A stretch of 64,000 nt of DNA from Octopus vulgaris (taxonomy: Eukaryota): the NCBI GenBank assembly GCA_951406725.2, contig OX597819.1:109554001-109618000 (forward strand), read 5' to 3'. Position numbers and translations under genes: made by a program. This document shows positions 13,516 to 27,495 of this stretch, piece after piece (the stretch's first letter is position 1; every line of letters begins with the position of its first letter). Under the pieces are notes generated by a model, which was not told the origin of the DNA, did not search any database, and saw nothing but the letters and a program-made list of their open reading frames with translations.

Positions 13516-13958
13516 TCTTTTATTCTTTTACTTGTTTCAGTCATTTGTCTGCGGCCATACTGGAGCACCACCTTGAAAGGTTTTAATCGAAGAAATCGAC
13601 CCTAGGTCTTATTCATTGTAAGCCTTGTAAATATTCTATCGGGCTCTTTTGCTGAACCGCTAAGTTACGGAGACGTAAACACACAAACATCTGTTGTCAA
13701 GCGATGGTGGTGGGGAGACAAACACAGACACACACATGAATATATACATAAACACACATGTAAATGTATGTATGTATATATATAAATATATATATATACG
13801 ACGGGCTTCTTTCACTTTCCGTCTACCAAATACACTCACAAGGCTTTGGTCGACCCGGGGCTATACTTGAAGACACTTACCCAAGGTGACATGCAGTAGG
13901 ACTGAACCCCAAACCATGTGGTTGGGAAGCAAGCTTCTTACTACACAGCTACGCCTGC
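13516..13958 (-). mobile_element. SINE group A, full length
   Basis: Reverse complement of 17158-17612. Confidence 0.92.
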
Positions 13959-14036
13959 ATATATGTACACATATATATATGCATCTACCTACCTACCTAC
14001 CTACCTACCTACCTACATACTTTCCTTCCTACCTAC

Positions 14037-14186
<150 letters not shown>

Positions 14187-14857
14187 GTATTAATGTAGAT
14201 TTTGTTTAGATAAGCTGAGTACAAATTATGCTATCTATATCAGTAGTTCCAAACTTTTTTTTTGGCTCACGTGGAACCTTTAATTTTTCTGTGGCCCTGC
14301 AGGCATTATTACCGAAAAGGAACTTGAATTTTGTCATAAATTGTTTATAGTATAAATAGGTCACTTTTGAAAAAATTAAAAACCTTCAATGAAAAAAATA
14401 AAACTTATAAAATTTATTAAATCTAAACTAATTTTTAAATATTAATTTTAAAAATTAGTTTTATTATCATGAATTTTTTCTATCAGTATTTAAAAACTGA
14501 TAGTTCGAAATGAAAACTTTTAGCAAAAATTTATAACGAATGAACTCTTGAAAAAATACTTTCTTCAAAGGTGATCTGTCTTTTATCATTAACGGAACAC
14601 CAGAGCCTATTACTCATACATTTATTCTCTCTTATTTTATTTCACAAAAACAAAAATATTTTGCAGGTTTAATAAAACAACCATTTATAATCGTATATCA
14701 TTTTTGTAATAACACACACACACGAAATTGATAATTTCTAAAAAATCACTACTTTTTGATCAGAAAATTATAATTCTTTAACAAAATAAAAATATATAGC
14801 ATATTATCTTTTTACTGTATTTAGTCCTTGAGGCTCATGCAAGTAAGCAAAGTGTGT

Positions 14858-14962
14858 CAAATGAAGTCCAATGTCAAGACGATGCTGATCTGTTTCATCA
14901 ATGCAAAAGGAATTGTCCTCAAAGAATTTATTCTTCCTGGTCAAACTGTTAGTCAGACATTT
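14858..14962 (+). mobile_element. Mariner transposase fragment
   Basis: QMKSNVKTMLICFINAKGIVLKEFILPGQTVSQTF (cf. KxMLxxFFDxxGxVxxEFxPxGQTVN). Confidence 0.8.
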
Positions 14963-15076
14963 GCATATTGCCACTTTGTAATCGACTAATCGACTAATGT
15001 GTATTGAGTTCTACACCAGGTTATTAGTCTCACAATGCCTAAGCGAACTTTATATATACGTGTATTCATGTATACG

Positions 15077-15117
<41 letters not shown>

Positions 15118-15183
15118 GTGTCTCTGTCTGTCTGTCTGTCTATCTCTCTCTCTCTCTCTTTATATATATATATATATATATAT

Positions 15184-15423
15184 ATACAAAATTTAGAGGA
15201 ATGACCACTCAAGTGGACACCCTATATGCTATACATAGACGTCAAATCGCCATTACCACGAAGAATGTGTTCTTGAGAACGTCTATGTTTAGCGTATAGG
15301 GTGTCCACTTTAGTGGTCATTCCTCTAAATTTTGTATGTAACACAATTTTTAATCTACGGATTTTTAAAATATACTAAGCCACTGGTTTTAATTGATTTA
15401 CATCAATTTCTGCCCTTATTATG

Positions 15424-15430
<7 letters not shown>
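15184..15430. mobile_element. Fold-back insert in (TA)n, same family as 45080-45700
   Basis: 59-bp inverted arms 15184-15242 / 15279-15337 (3 mismatches); sequence recurs uninverted at about 45515-45700. Confidence 0.85.
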
Positions 15431-15470
<40 letters not shown>

Positions 15471-15544
15471 TTACCACTATATCTCAAATGATGTGTTCTT
15501 TTCGAAACTTTATACTTCACTTGTTACTCATGACAGATTAATTT

Positions 15545-15840
15545 ATTCCACAGAGGTCGACTTTGCCTTTCATCTTTTTAGGGGTTGGTAAAATAAGTAA
15601 CAGTTGCTTACAATTTCTGAGCGATTGCGAATTTTGATTGCAGGAAAGACACTCGGCTAAAACCTGACTGAACGAGGTAAGAATTAGGAAAGATAATGAA
15701 ATATCTTTCCTAATTCCGCCGAGGTCGACTTTGCCTTTCATCCTTTCGGGGTCGATAAATTAAGTGCCAGTTATGTACTGGGGTCGATGTAATCGACTTA
15801 ATCCCTTTGTCTGTCCTTGTTTGTCCCCTCTATGTTTAGA
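15545..15840 (+). mobile_element. SINE group B partial copies
   Basis: gaggtcgactttgcctttcatc at about 15553 and 15721. Confidence 0.8.
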
Positions 15841-15989
15841 GGGGGCATTCTTATAGGGACTTCACGGCAACCAGAAGTTGCCACTTTAATCCAAACTTCC
15901 GCAAAATACTTCACAGCACGTTCGGTACTATGCGGTTATTTCTTTCCGAGGTCAGCAAAGCAAACCTAGACGTCTGGGCAATATTCCTA

Positions 15990-16420
15990 CGATTTTTCGA
16001 AGACCTATCATAGATTGAATATCTGAACGGTTGGTTGAACTTGGAATTTCCTTACCATTGTGCAACTTCTTCAAACGCTCAATGTACACTAAAATATAAT
16101 CCTCTCGCAGCTCCTCCTCAATAATGGCAAAGATTGGGAAATGTACCAACTCCTCACGCCTGGTATTTATCTCGAATAAATCAAATTTTCCACACAAGGC
16201 ATTAGTTGGTTCTTTCCGAAATTAAAAATTTATATTTTTACCTTTCTAGCTGTTCAGCAATTCGAGCTTCTCAAAATATATCAGAAAGGTAGAATCTGCT
16301 ACCTTTAGCAGCTCGGATTTCTTCTCCAAGCTGCTTACCATTCAGAAACATTACAGCGAAGCGATGCAGACAATTACTCTCAGAGATTGTCACCAGATTT
16401 GTGAACTTCAAAGCAGTAAC
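15990..16420 (-). mobile_element. hAT (Charlie/Buster-like) transposase remnant
   Basis: SESNCLHRF..LGEEI..FYLSDIFEKL..RREELVHFP..YIERLKKLH (cf. WLSKGxCLxRF, YLxDIFxKLN); a hAT-type end cagtagttccaaac at 14241 may belong to it. Confidence 0.65.
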
Positions 16421-16575
16421 ATAATACTTAATTCGTATATGGCTTTCCCAATGCCAAATTGATACTTTATTCATCAATGATAAATTATTATTGCCGTGTC
16501 AAATGAACCGTTTTTTGTTTTCTGTCATGACAAAATTTAACAGAAAATTTATTATGTGTATGTGTATGACTGTGT

Positions 16576-16866
16576 AGGCACAATGGCCCAGTGGTTAGGG
16601 CAGAGGACTCGCGGTTTCGATTCCCAGACCGAGCGTTGTGTGTTTTTATTGAGCAAAAACATCTAAAGCTCCACGATGCTCCGGCAGGGGGTGGTGGCGA
16701 CCCCTGTTGTACTCTTTCGCCCCAACTTTCTCTCACTCTCTCTTCCTGTTTCTTGAATAACGCTGCGATGGACTGGCGTCCCGTCCAGCTGTGGGGGGCA
16801 CACACACCACAGAAACCGGGAAACCGGGCCCATGAGCCTGGCTAGGCTTGAAAAGAGCGAAAAAAA
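16576..16866 (+). mobile_element. SINE group C variant with TSD
   Basis: tggcccagtggttagggcag head; TSD atgtgtatgact(g/a)tgt at 16560-16575 and 16867-16882. Confidence 0.9.
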
Positions 16867-17157
16867 ATGTGTATGACTATGTTTTTCGTATAAATTTTAA
16901 AGAGTTGCCAGTAATAGAAATTTTTAGGAGGAAACAGGGTAGTAGTTGTGTGGCCTCTTCATTGAGCTTGGTCGCCCACTTCATTGAGCATGAGCTATTT
17001 CCCAATTCCCCGATTTTTCTATGACTCTACTGAACTTTATTATAGCCCCAGGTTGGAAAATACTGATTTACATAGTGAAAATGTAGTTCATCTATCCGCA
17101 GGTTTCAGTCGTCAATCTGGTTTGAATATCGGAAACATGCGAGAAGAAGACAAAAAA

Positions 17158-17323
17158 GGCGCAGGAGTGACTGTGTGGTAAGTAGCTTGCTTACCAACCA
17201 CATGGTTTTGGGTTCAGTCCCACTGCGTGGCACCTTGGGCAAGTGTCTTCTACTATAGCCTCGGGCCAACCAAAGCCTTGTGAGAGGATTTGGTAGACGG
17301 AACTGAAAGAAGCCCGTCGTATA

Positions 17324-17404
<81 letters not shown>

Positions 17405-17612
17405 ATATATTTGTGTGGCTGTACTTGTCCCCCAACATCGTTTGATAACCGATGCTGGTGTGTTTATGTCCCCGTAACTTAGCGGTTCGGCAAAAGAGAC
17501 CGATAGAATAAATACTAGGCGTACAAAGAGTAAGTCCAGGGGTCAATTTTCTCGACTAAAGTCGGTGCTCTAGCATGGCCCCAGTCAAATGACTGAAAGA
17601 AGTAAAAGAGTA
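17158..17612 (+). mobile_element. SINE group A reference copy (tRNA head, CORE-like motif, internal microsatellite, stem-loop tail)
   Basis: B-box ggttcagtccc, caccttgggcaagtgtctt, (TA)n(TG)n at about 17320-17410, tail ggtgctctagcatggccccagtcaaatgactgaaa. Confidence 0.92.
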
Positions 17613-18105
17613 AAAAAAAAGAGTATACAAATATACAGCAGCAGGATAAAAGCATTGTTTCAACCTTGTTTCACCTTGTTTGTTTTTTGTTCTTTTGTTT
17701 ATTTGGACCGTTGCAATTCTGAAAAGCTGGAACAATGTTTTATGTATTGTATCCCGTAGTTAGTGCTTGTATTATTGGGTTCTAAATATTTGAAGATAGC
17801 TGGTCTGAAATGTGGGATAGAAAGTTGTCTGATTTGAACTGATTTGAAATCGATTGGTCAAACATCGTACATACCACATCTCACACATAAGGACCAAAGT
17901 AATGCATTGCGGAAACATTGCTTATCGTAATCCTAAAAACCTATATCTTAAGCAAAAGAAATGTTGTCACAAAACCAAATTTCTATTGGAAAATTATAAT
18001 GCTCAAATATAATTTGACGCAAACAAACAAGAAATATACAACACCCGTCCTTCTCATGACACCGAACTCTAACAATAATTCTGTTAGGATACTTTCGAAT
18101 GTTTC

Positions 18106-18337
18106 TTATTTCTTTATTGCCCACAGGGGGATAAACATAGAGGGGGCAAATAAGGACAGACAAACGGATTAAGTCGATTACATCGACCCCAGTGCATAAC
18201 TGGCACTTTATTTATCGACCCCGAAAGGATAAAAGGTAAAGTCGACCTCGGCGGAATTTGAACTCAGAATGTAAAGGCAGACGAAATACTGCTAAGCATT
18301 TTGCCCGGCGTGCTAACGTTTCTGCCAGCTCAACGCT
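18106..18337 (-). mobile_element. SINE group B monomer with TSD
   Basis: One head plus one unit; TSD tttcgaatgtttc at 18093-18105 and 18338-18350. Confidence 0.92.
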
Positions 18338-18765
18338 TTTCGAATGTTTCCTTCCGGTTGGTGTTTCAGTTGTTTAGTCTCATGTCAGCCTTGCCGAGAA
18401 TATCTCTCATCAAAAATATTCCAGAAGACCTACGCCTCTTTTATTTATTTCAGGTAGTGTACGTAGCCAGTGTAGGGCCACATTATCCAGTGCCTCCTTA
18501 ATTTTTCTAACACAGTACTATGTCATGTGCGTAGCTGCCATTTCTGTCTGGACGATTGACCACCATATTGTTCCCTCATCGATTGGAAACAATAATGTCC
18601 CTTCATCAACTGAATGCTAATCTCGAGCGAAAAATGAAGTAACGGAACAATACAGAAAAAAGAAAACAAGAACCTCCGCTCCAAGATATAAAGCAAATAG
18701 GAATATACATAGAGAGACATAGATATACAGACGTAGTACTTGTTCACTAAGAAAAAGGCAGTGTT

Positions 18766-18838
<73 letters not shown>

Positions 18839-19175
18839 ATAAATAAAATGAATAATGTTAACTGGCAGTGAATATGAACAGAGGGAAAATACATGACGAA
18901 TAATTACAGCTGTAGACAGAAACCTGAAGAATTTTGTGTAAGGCAATTAGAAAGACTAGAATCGTTCTTTACCTTAACCGCCTTTTAGAACATTCCACCT
19001 TTTTATTGAAAATATGAAATGGAATTGAATGTCGTAAAAACCAACTTAAAATTGCTTACAATATATAGAGTGATATTATTGTTAGAAATACGGAATTCAG
19101 GATATAATAATAAAAATAAAAATAATAAAAATTAGAAATGTTTTAAGGAGAAAAAGAAGATACTTATTTGAAAGC

Positions 19176-19259
<84 letters not shown>

Positions 19260-19313
19260 TTGTGTGTAAGTGTGTGTGTGTGTACACACACACATACACA
19301 TATTGTAAAATTG

Positions 19314-19355
19314 CACCCATTCAGAGGTAATATCTTTGTCGCTATTTAAAAGCAA

Positions 19356-19398
<43 letters not shown>

Positions 19399-19770
19399 CA
19401 GATATATACGTAATATAAAAATAACACCTTTCAGAGTTAATATTTTTGTCGCCATTCAAAAGAATATATATATACACATATATACATAACTGTAAAAAGC
19501 ACTTTCAGAGTTAATATCTTTGACGCCATAATTCGAAATATTTGTTGAAATATCTTAAAATGCCTAGCAGTTGAACGCTAGACAGCCTCGTACAATAGTG
19601 TTGTACGTTCTAAATAAATAACTGAAAAAAATCTTTTCTTAACGTACATTTTACATTCAATCTTTTTGTCACTATAATTCGGAAATTTTCACTGAAATAT
19701 TTCATGAAGTCTTGCGGAGTTAACGTCTGACAGGTGATGTATAATATTGTTTATACGCTCCAACTAAACG
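19314..19770 (+). repeat. Degenerate local tandem duplications
   Basis: ttcagag(g/t)taatat.tttg.cgc at about 19320, 19429 and 19505; a longer diverged pair at about 19510-19620 / 19657-19770. Confidence 0.65.
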
Positions 19771-20161
19771 AACAAGTTTCTTGCTGTTGACTTTTATAAT
19801 AAATGTTTTTTTTTTCGTATATAAATACAAGAGGATTTGATTTTTTTTCATTGATTTTTTTCATTGCTTGAGAATCGATAAAACGTGAAACTCAGAGTTG
19901 AAATTTGTGTAGTTTGAGCAAAGGGATTTTTTTGACAAGGTTTTAGTTACTCTATTTGATAGCATAAAAGATGCAAGACATGAGTGCTTCAAAGTGTGTG
20001 GGAGGCCTGACATTGCATATAGAACTCAGGGTGCTTTTTGAGACATTGTTTTTGGGAAAATGTGCATTCTAAATGCCATCAAATACGGTAACCCGAAGTT
20101 ATGGTTGAAGGTGTATGCATTTCGTTTAACTTTCTCTTCATAATATTATCTGTGTGTGTGC

Positions 20162-20211
<50 letters not shown>

Positions 20212-20214
20212 TTA

Positions 20215-20390
20215 TTATTTTACTTGTTTCAGTCATTTGACTGCAGCCTTGCTGAAGCATGCCTTTAGTCGAACAAATTGACTCCAGGACTTATTCTTTG
20301 TAAGCCTAGTACTTATTCTTAGTTACGAGAACGTAAGCACACTAATATCGGTTGTCAAGCGATGGTAGAGGGACAAACACAGATACACGA
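20215..20390 (-). mobile_element. SINE group A 3' half
   Basis: ttacttgtttcagtcatttgactgc..ggacttattctttgtaagcctagtac. Confidence 0.85.
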
Positions 20391-20411
20391 ATATATACAT
20401 ATCTGCATTTA

Positions 20412-21394
<983 letters not shown>

Positions 21395-21479
21395 ATTTAT
21401 ACATACACACATTTGAAAATCTTTGAGAGAATGACTTAATTCAGTTTTTAAGTATAAAGGGGATTAAAAAAAATATTAA

Positions 21480-21833
21480 AAAAAAAGTTATAAAATCCTT
21501 TATCAGGATGATCTAACCTTTTTGGAAGAAGCTATTTTCCTAGAGTGAATGAGCGCTTTCGATTAATCTTTTCAAACACGCGTACTCTTGGTTAATGTAT
21601 GAAAGAGGAAGTTGTTATTTTTGTAGTAGTGGTTGTATTAATTATTTCCGGTTTATTTTCGGACTTACAGTTTTCATGAATTATTCTTAGTTTGTCTTTC
21701 ATAGTCCGTCATAAATATTCTTTTACCGTTGTTTATTATATGGAGTGTTGGGTATTGTCGGTTTACTTCGGATTTAGAATTCTTATAAAGTATTCTTTTG
21801 CCTTTAGTAGTTGAATATTTTCGTCGTTTATTT

Positions 21834-21898
<65 letters not shown>

Positions 21899-22250
21899 CC
21901 TCTCTCTTCTCTCTCTATATTAATTGGATTGGTTTGTAGGAATGGTCTATGCTCATGGCATTCACAGAGTCTTCGTGTACGTTTGTCACGAGATCGATGC
22001 AAATAATGTACTCTTAAATGAATTTTACTCTTATTTACTTGACAGAATTTTGACTTGCTTCTCGATCCCTTATCCACTATTTCCACTTAATTTTTAAATT
22101 AACTATTCATAAATCCCCACTAAACCATCAATTTGTAAAGCTTTATTAAGCTTATGTTTGTGTAATTAACTTTTTTTCACAAATGGTTTTGAATCCCCCC
22201 TAATTATTTAGGTAACACTCAATAATTATTTCCGATTATTCGACGTCATT
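21480..22250 (-). mobile_element. Penelope-like element 3' end (GIY-YIG C-terminus plus untranslated end)
   Basis: RVHYLHRSRDKRTRRLCECHEH..YKIND..KAKEYFIRILNPK (cf. KExYFIxxxxPxLN), split by a (TA)n tract, followed by a hammerhead-like motif. Confidence 0.55.
21547..21579 (-). ncRNA. Minimal hammerhead-like motif, U3:A8 core variant
   Basis: Minus strand: GUGU UUGAAAA GAUUAAUC GAAA GCGC UC AUUC; palindromic stem III region. Confidence 0.5.
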
Positions 22251-22354
22251 TATTATTTTGTCTCAATGTATAGCAAAACTTGTTTAAGACTTTATGATGT
22301 ACTTTGTCAACATAATTAGCCTAATTAATAACTTTCTTCTGTTTCTACTTTTTT

Positions 22355-22578
22355 TTCGAGTCCCAGGATCCATTTGTCCGGTTACCCGATTTCCATGGCG
22401 TGTAAGTGACCAAGATCACATTTCCTCAGAAATGGACACCAATATGTCGCAGAGTTAATCATTTACGACTGGACTAGAGCAACGTCTAATCAAGTGTTTT
22501 CTTCAAGAATACAACGCAACATCCAGATCTTGTGATCGTGCGTGCAACACCCTAATAACTAGGCTACGCATCTTCACA
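22355..22578 (-). mobile_element. SINE group C, old copy
   Basis: ggactagagcaacg..aagtgttttcttcaagaatacaacg; tail matches the 12938 and 16576 type. Confidence 0.7.
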
Positions 22579-22584
22579 CTAGTG

Positions 22585-22745
22585 GAAAAAATGCCTTGCT
22601 CTACTTCTGAGGTTTTACGTTATGAGTTCAAATACCACCATGGTCAATTTTGCCTTTCATCCTTTTCGGTCGATTGTATTAGTCATCTGGTGGGGTAGAT
22701 GTAATCGACTTTTCCTCTTCACCCAAACCTCGCTGGCCTTAGAGA
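22585..22745 (+). mobile_element. SINE group B, old copy with alternative tail
   Basis: tgagttcaaatacc..ttgcctttcatcctttt cggtcgat. Confidence 0.7.
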
Positions 22746-23339
22746 CAATTATGTGGCTTATTTGAAAATAAATCATTTTTCAACTAGCTTAATTTGGTAT
22801 CCTATGTATCATTTAGAGGATGTTTGACTGAGATTAGGGATGTTCGTTGGAAATATATCTTCCAAATATCAATTTGTTGAAGATAAATTGATCGAAAATA
22901 TATTAATCGATCCCAAATTAATCGAAAAACATTCTCTAAAGAATAAAGAAATCCGTGTTAATCTTTTAAAAAGGTAATTAGTAATTACAAAATGATAATA
23001 AATTATAAAATGAAATATATCTTTAGTTTATTTTCAGATGATCCATTTTTAAAAGACAATAAATGTTTTCTTATAATTATAAGAAAGTAAATACTATGTA
23101 ATTAATAATGGTAATTATAACAAAATAAATGTAATTATAAGAAAATAAATATAATTAGAATAACAAATGTAATTATAATACAATAAATATTGTGATGTCT
23201 TTTTCATTTGATAAGGTGCCCGGGACAACGTTTAAATTCATGTAACCAATAGTTTTTAGAATTATTGATTTTGTTTTTATTGTCATAAAATAACTTATGT
23301 AACTTCTCTTCCATATTTCAGTACATACCAATTCAATGC

Positions 23340-23730
23340 TATGATTTTCGAAATTTCTTAAACAAAAAAGTAGTTCTGAATTTACAATGACACAAAATGT
23401 TGACACTTCTGTTCAAAGATTGTGGTTTTTGGATGACAATGTAAAACGTTTTCGAGTTGTTATAACGTATATATTTTTGATCCATTAGTGTCCGCGGATG
23501 CGGTATCTATTATGTGCTAATCTATAAGCATGATTTCAAGCTTCAGTTCTGAAACAAACAACAATAGAAAAGTATTGATGGGTCTATAACTAAATATAGT
23601 ATGTGTACTACTTGAATCTGTTCATGAAGGTATGCTTTGTGAGTGTGTACGGCTAGATCTAGAGTTAGAGGTTGGCTAGTTAGGTATTTCCGGTTATGCT
23701 GCATTATCTGTGTGGCAATATTGTTCAATA
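23340..23730 (-). mobile_element. Penelope-like endonuclease remnant
   Basis: Minus strand YTLTKHTFMNRFK and FYIVIQKPQSLNR. Confidence 0.5.
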
Positions 23731-23869
23731 TGTATAACCAAATTAACGTAACACAGTAAGTTTGTATCAGATAGCATTAACAAAACATAGAAGACAAACC
23801 GCAATAGCTACAACATTATAAACAAAGGCAAAGGCACTAACCACGCAACTAAAAAAACTGAAGACCACG

Positions 23870-25000
23870 TGGAATGTATGCCAAAACAACCTCCTCCACA
23901 TCATCCTTAAATGCTACAAGGAAAATTTCCAATTCTACGCTAAATGCAAATGAATAAACATCGAAAATGAATTGGGCTAGGTTAGAGAACAAATAATCGG
24001 CTTTTAAAATTATAAACTGAACCACATTAAGTCAGGAGAATTAAAATGCAACATTAATCAAGTTGTTTTAGAATATAGACGATAAAGGACACTACAAATT
24101 TATCGAATTCGATTTTGCTGAATGCTACTTCTCTATACCTAAAACTATTCTCCTTAGAGCCTTGGTATTTCAGAAAATACATCCTCATCAACGTATTGGA
24201 TATCAGTATCATATGACCCTCAGAAAATCGCTACCATTTTACAGTGATTCCCGATGGATAAATATGCGCAATCCTGTATTTGATACCTCAAAGAGATGGA
24301 ATAGTATAAAGTCTCCAAACTAAAATGCTCCTTTATTGTAAACAATACCAACAAGCATACAATATCCCACATATCCAGATTATTCACAAATGATAAACTA
24401 GTTCTCACAACATATATGGTTTTGCATAGATAAATTTCGAAAGATTGAATAAAATTATTTAAAAAGTATAATTTGATGTTAGAACTTAGAATTTAGAAAC
24501 ATCAATTTTCTAAATATGATGCTACACTTGGCTGCAGAAATCACTGATCTTACAACAAATCACAAAACACAACCAAAAAGCACTGGCTATCATGCTCAAC
24601 ACTTTTAGCCCCTATTCTGAAGGCAAACTTTTAATTGTAGATCCATCTACAGTTTTTCACTATATAGATTAAGTCGGTTATATACTGTAACTCAAGATGA
24701 TATAAAGACAAACTATATAGGGCTCACAGAGGATACCTTTAAGAATAGATGTAAGTAGCACATAAATGCTCTTTACATTCTGAGTTAGAACTAACAGACC
24801 TATCTATCACAGTACGTTTGGATAGTGTAAACAGTGGAGGCGAAAACATCCCTATAGCACCTAGCGTATCAGCTACTGCATTTCCTTTTAGCAATGGGAC
24901 AACGTTTTTGTTATGCTTACTGTAAAACGGCTATATTCCATCTCAAGAACCAAAATCACTGAACAGGAGAAAAAACATTTTCAACACTGGGAAATTTTCT
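23870..25000 (+). mobile_element. Penelope-like (Neptune-type) RT and GIY-YIG remnant
   Basis: KFIEFDFAECYFSIPKTILLRAL at about 24095-24165 (cf. FIQFDIxEFYPSI) and NYIGLTEDTFKNR at about 24711-24750. Confidence 0.75.
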
Positions 25001-25584
25001 GTTAAAAATATATTTGAATATAAACAGGCTGACATTCGTTGTTATCAAGCATTCTGTGGGTTCCCAAAGTTCATTGGGTTGAAAATAGAGTGACTCCTTC
25101 ACCACTTGGCCGTTGAATAATTGTACCATTGACAATAAACATTAACCATTTTAATTTGACTTTCGACGATAGTATTAGATTACAAGGAAATTTATTTTGG
25201 TTGACAATTTTAATAGGAAATAAAATTTTGGACCAACATCAGGTGAAAAATATAAGTAATAAATTGTATCAAAACGAAGTCTTCCTGTTATTATAAGTGT
25301 GAAATTTTGAGGAAAAAATTTTAAGGTGTTAGCTTTGGAAAGCGACTTATGCTTAGGAGGAAATTATTAGGAAAGTACGTAAATCGTAAAGTATATATAA
25401 CCTGAGCGAGTAAATTTAAAAAGAACTGTAGGTTTTCTATTCAGGCAAATACAATCTTAGATTCAGTAAGATGTTTTAACTCTTTATTACCATATTTGTA
25501 AGTAAAAGCACTGCTTTCATTTAAATTCATTCCTAGAATAATGAGAAGTTTAGTGAAATAACAATCATTATTAAACTAACGTTG

Positions 25585-25968
25585 GATGACGACCTGGTAA
25601 AATCGTTAGTACACAAGATAAATTGCTAAGCAGCATTTCATCCGTTGTGCGTTCAAATACCACCGCGGTGGATTTTGTTTTTCATATTTTTTTGGTCAAT
25701 AAAATGCCTACATGTCGACCACTGGGGTCAATGTAATCGACTACGTCCCTCCCACTAAATTTCAGGTCATGTGTCTGTAGTGTAAAGGATTATTAAACTA
25801 GTGTTTTTCGACTCAGTACGTTCTGAGTTTAAATTCTACTGCAGTTGACTTTGCCTTTTATCTTTTTGAGGTCGATAAAATAAGTACCAGTCGAGTTCTG
25901 GGGTCAATGCAATCGACTAGCTCCATCTCCGCCAAATTTCAGGCCTTGGTCTATAGTAGAAAGAATAA
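25585..25968 (+). mobile_element. Two old SINE group B copies
   Basis: Degenerate head, body and aaatttcagg tail at 25585-25790 and 25815-25968. Confidence 0.75.
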
Positions 25969-26762
25969 TTAAATAAGTGGTGGTATCTTAAGTGCTTGCC
26001 TTCAAATTTTAAGTTCACTTAAAATTTTAAAGAAAGGTTTGAAATTAGATTACTTTAAATTAGGAATTTTGCAACTGAACTAGGGGCAGTCTCAGGCCGA
26101 TCAATGCATGGAACGTGAATTTTCAAAAACGACCATATTCATTTGAAATTTGGTTAGGGAAAACAAGTTTGTATAAATATATGTAAACACCTGTATTAAA
26201 CTCAACACGGAGATCAATGTATTTAGGTTAATTATATCTCTTACTTTTCGTGCAAAGACGTAATATACTCGGTTATGTGTACAATGGAAATGAAAATAAA
26301 CCGTGCGTATCTTACGATAACTTCGAATTTTACAGGGATGTTCTAAATTAAGAATGATGTGTGTAAGCTGCAACTCGTTGTTGGTAACAGCTTATGTCAT
26401 AAGAGGGGAAATATCAAATCAAAGAGAGTTAGGAACATTCATCGAAATACACATCGAAATACACATATTCGTCGAAATACATATTGGTCGAAAACACATG
26501 GACAGAGAGTTACATTGATCGAAAACAATAATCGAAAAGTTTTGGAATATTTGCGATACTCTGAGATGCTATGGAATGAACCGCCAGCCTTACACAAATA
26601 AAAAATTCGCGATATGCTTTGAATAAACTTTTCTTCAACTATACTCCTAAATGTGAGTCCGTGTGTATTTGATTTTATGCGAAACTATATATAAAAGCAA
26701 ATAAAAAGAATTATTCAATATCAGAATACGTGCTATTAACTTTTACAAAGAAAATGTTGATG

Positions 26763-26800
26763 GTAACTTCAAAGTTTCAGTTTGTTCACCTTCATCAGAC
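26763..26800 (-). ncRNA. Degenerate hammerhead-like motif
   Basis: Minus strand: GU CUGAUGA AGGUGAACAAACU GAAAC UUUGAA GUU AC; canonical core, weak stems. Confidence 0.4.
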
Positions 26801-27270
26801 TGTGCTTCACTTGAGTCTTTTTTTGGCTTTATATAGTCTTCGACCAGCTGTTAATTGTGGGGTTGGTGGAAGTATGTGCATGATAATTGAGTATGGTGTA
26901 TGTAGACTGGGGAAGTATTTTTTACTGAGAAGGTATAGAGGGGAATAGGAAAAAAATTATATGTTTGTAAGGTGTAGGCTGATAGAAAGTTATGTTGAGG
27001 GTTTTTCTTTTCGTTTTTGTGGGAATTTTGTTATTGTTTAGGGTTCAGTCATGCGTGAAAGTAATGATGTAAACAAATGTAGAAAATTTAGGTCAGAACA
27101 TATTGTTTTGTATAGAAAGTTGGTTTTTGGTGTACTTTAGGGTTCACAAAAGAATGCTTGTAGATAAGCCAGTTGATCACACAGCAAGCAAGTTCAAAAT
27201 TTGAAATTTATATACGTGTGTATGTGTGTGCATGAGTGTATATGTGTATGTATGAGTGTATATATATATA

Positions 27271-27495
27271 TTGTTGTGTCTGGGGAGAGTAATTTTCTTT
27301 CTGTGCCTTATAATTTAACACACTCACCGATAAAATTTCCACTTATTTTTATTTTCCTAAACTTTTCGTTGCGTCTTGCAACCTTTTCAATAGTCTTGAC
27401 TCTAAGGCACAAAAAGAAAATGATTCACCCCAGATACAACAGAATATGCTTCAACACACGAACTCACATAAAGAATCTTGCAAACCAAATCGAAA
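27271..27495. mobile_element. Fold-back insert, same family as 47556-47787
   Basis: Forward segment ends at aatagtcttgactc (27402), then continues as the reverse complement of the same family. Confidence 0.85.
27357..27393 (-). ncRNA. Minimal hammerhead-like motif, U3:A8 core variant
   Basis: Minus strand: CUA UUGAAAA G GUUGC AAGAC GCAAC GAAA AG UU UAG; perfect 5-bp stem II. Confidence 0.5.
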
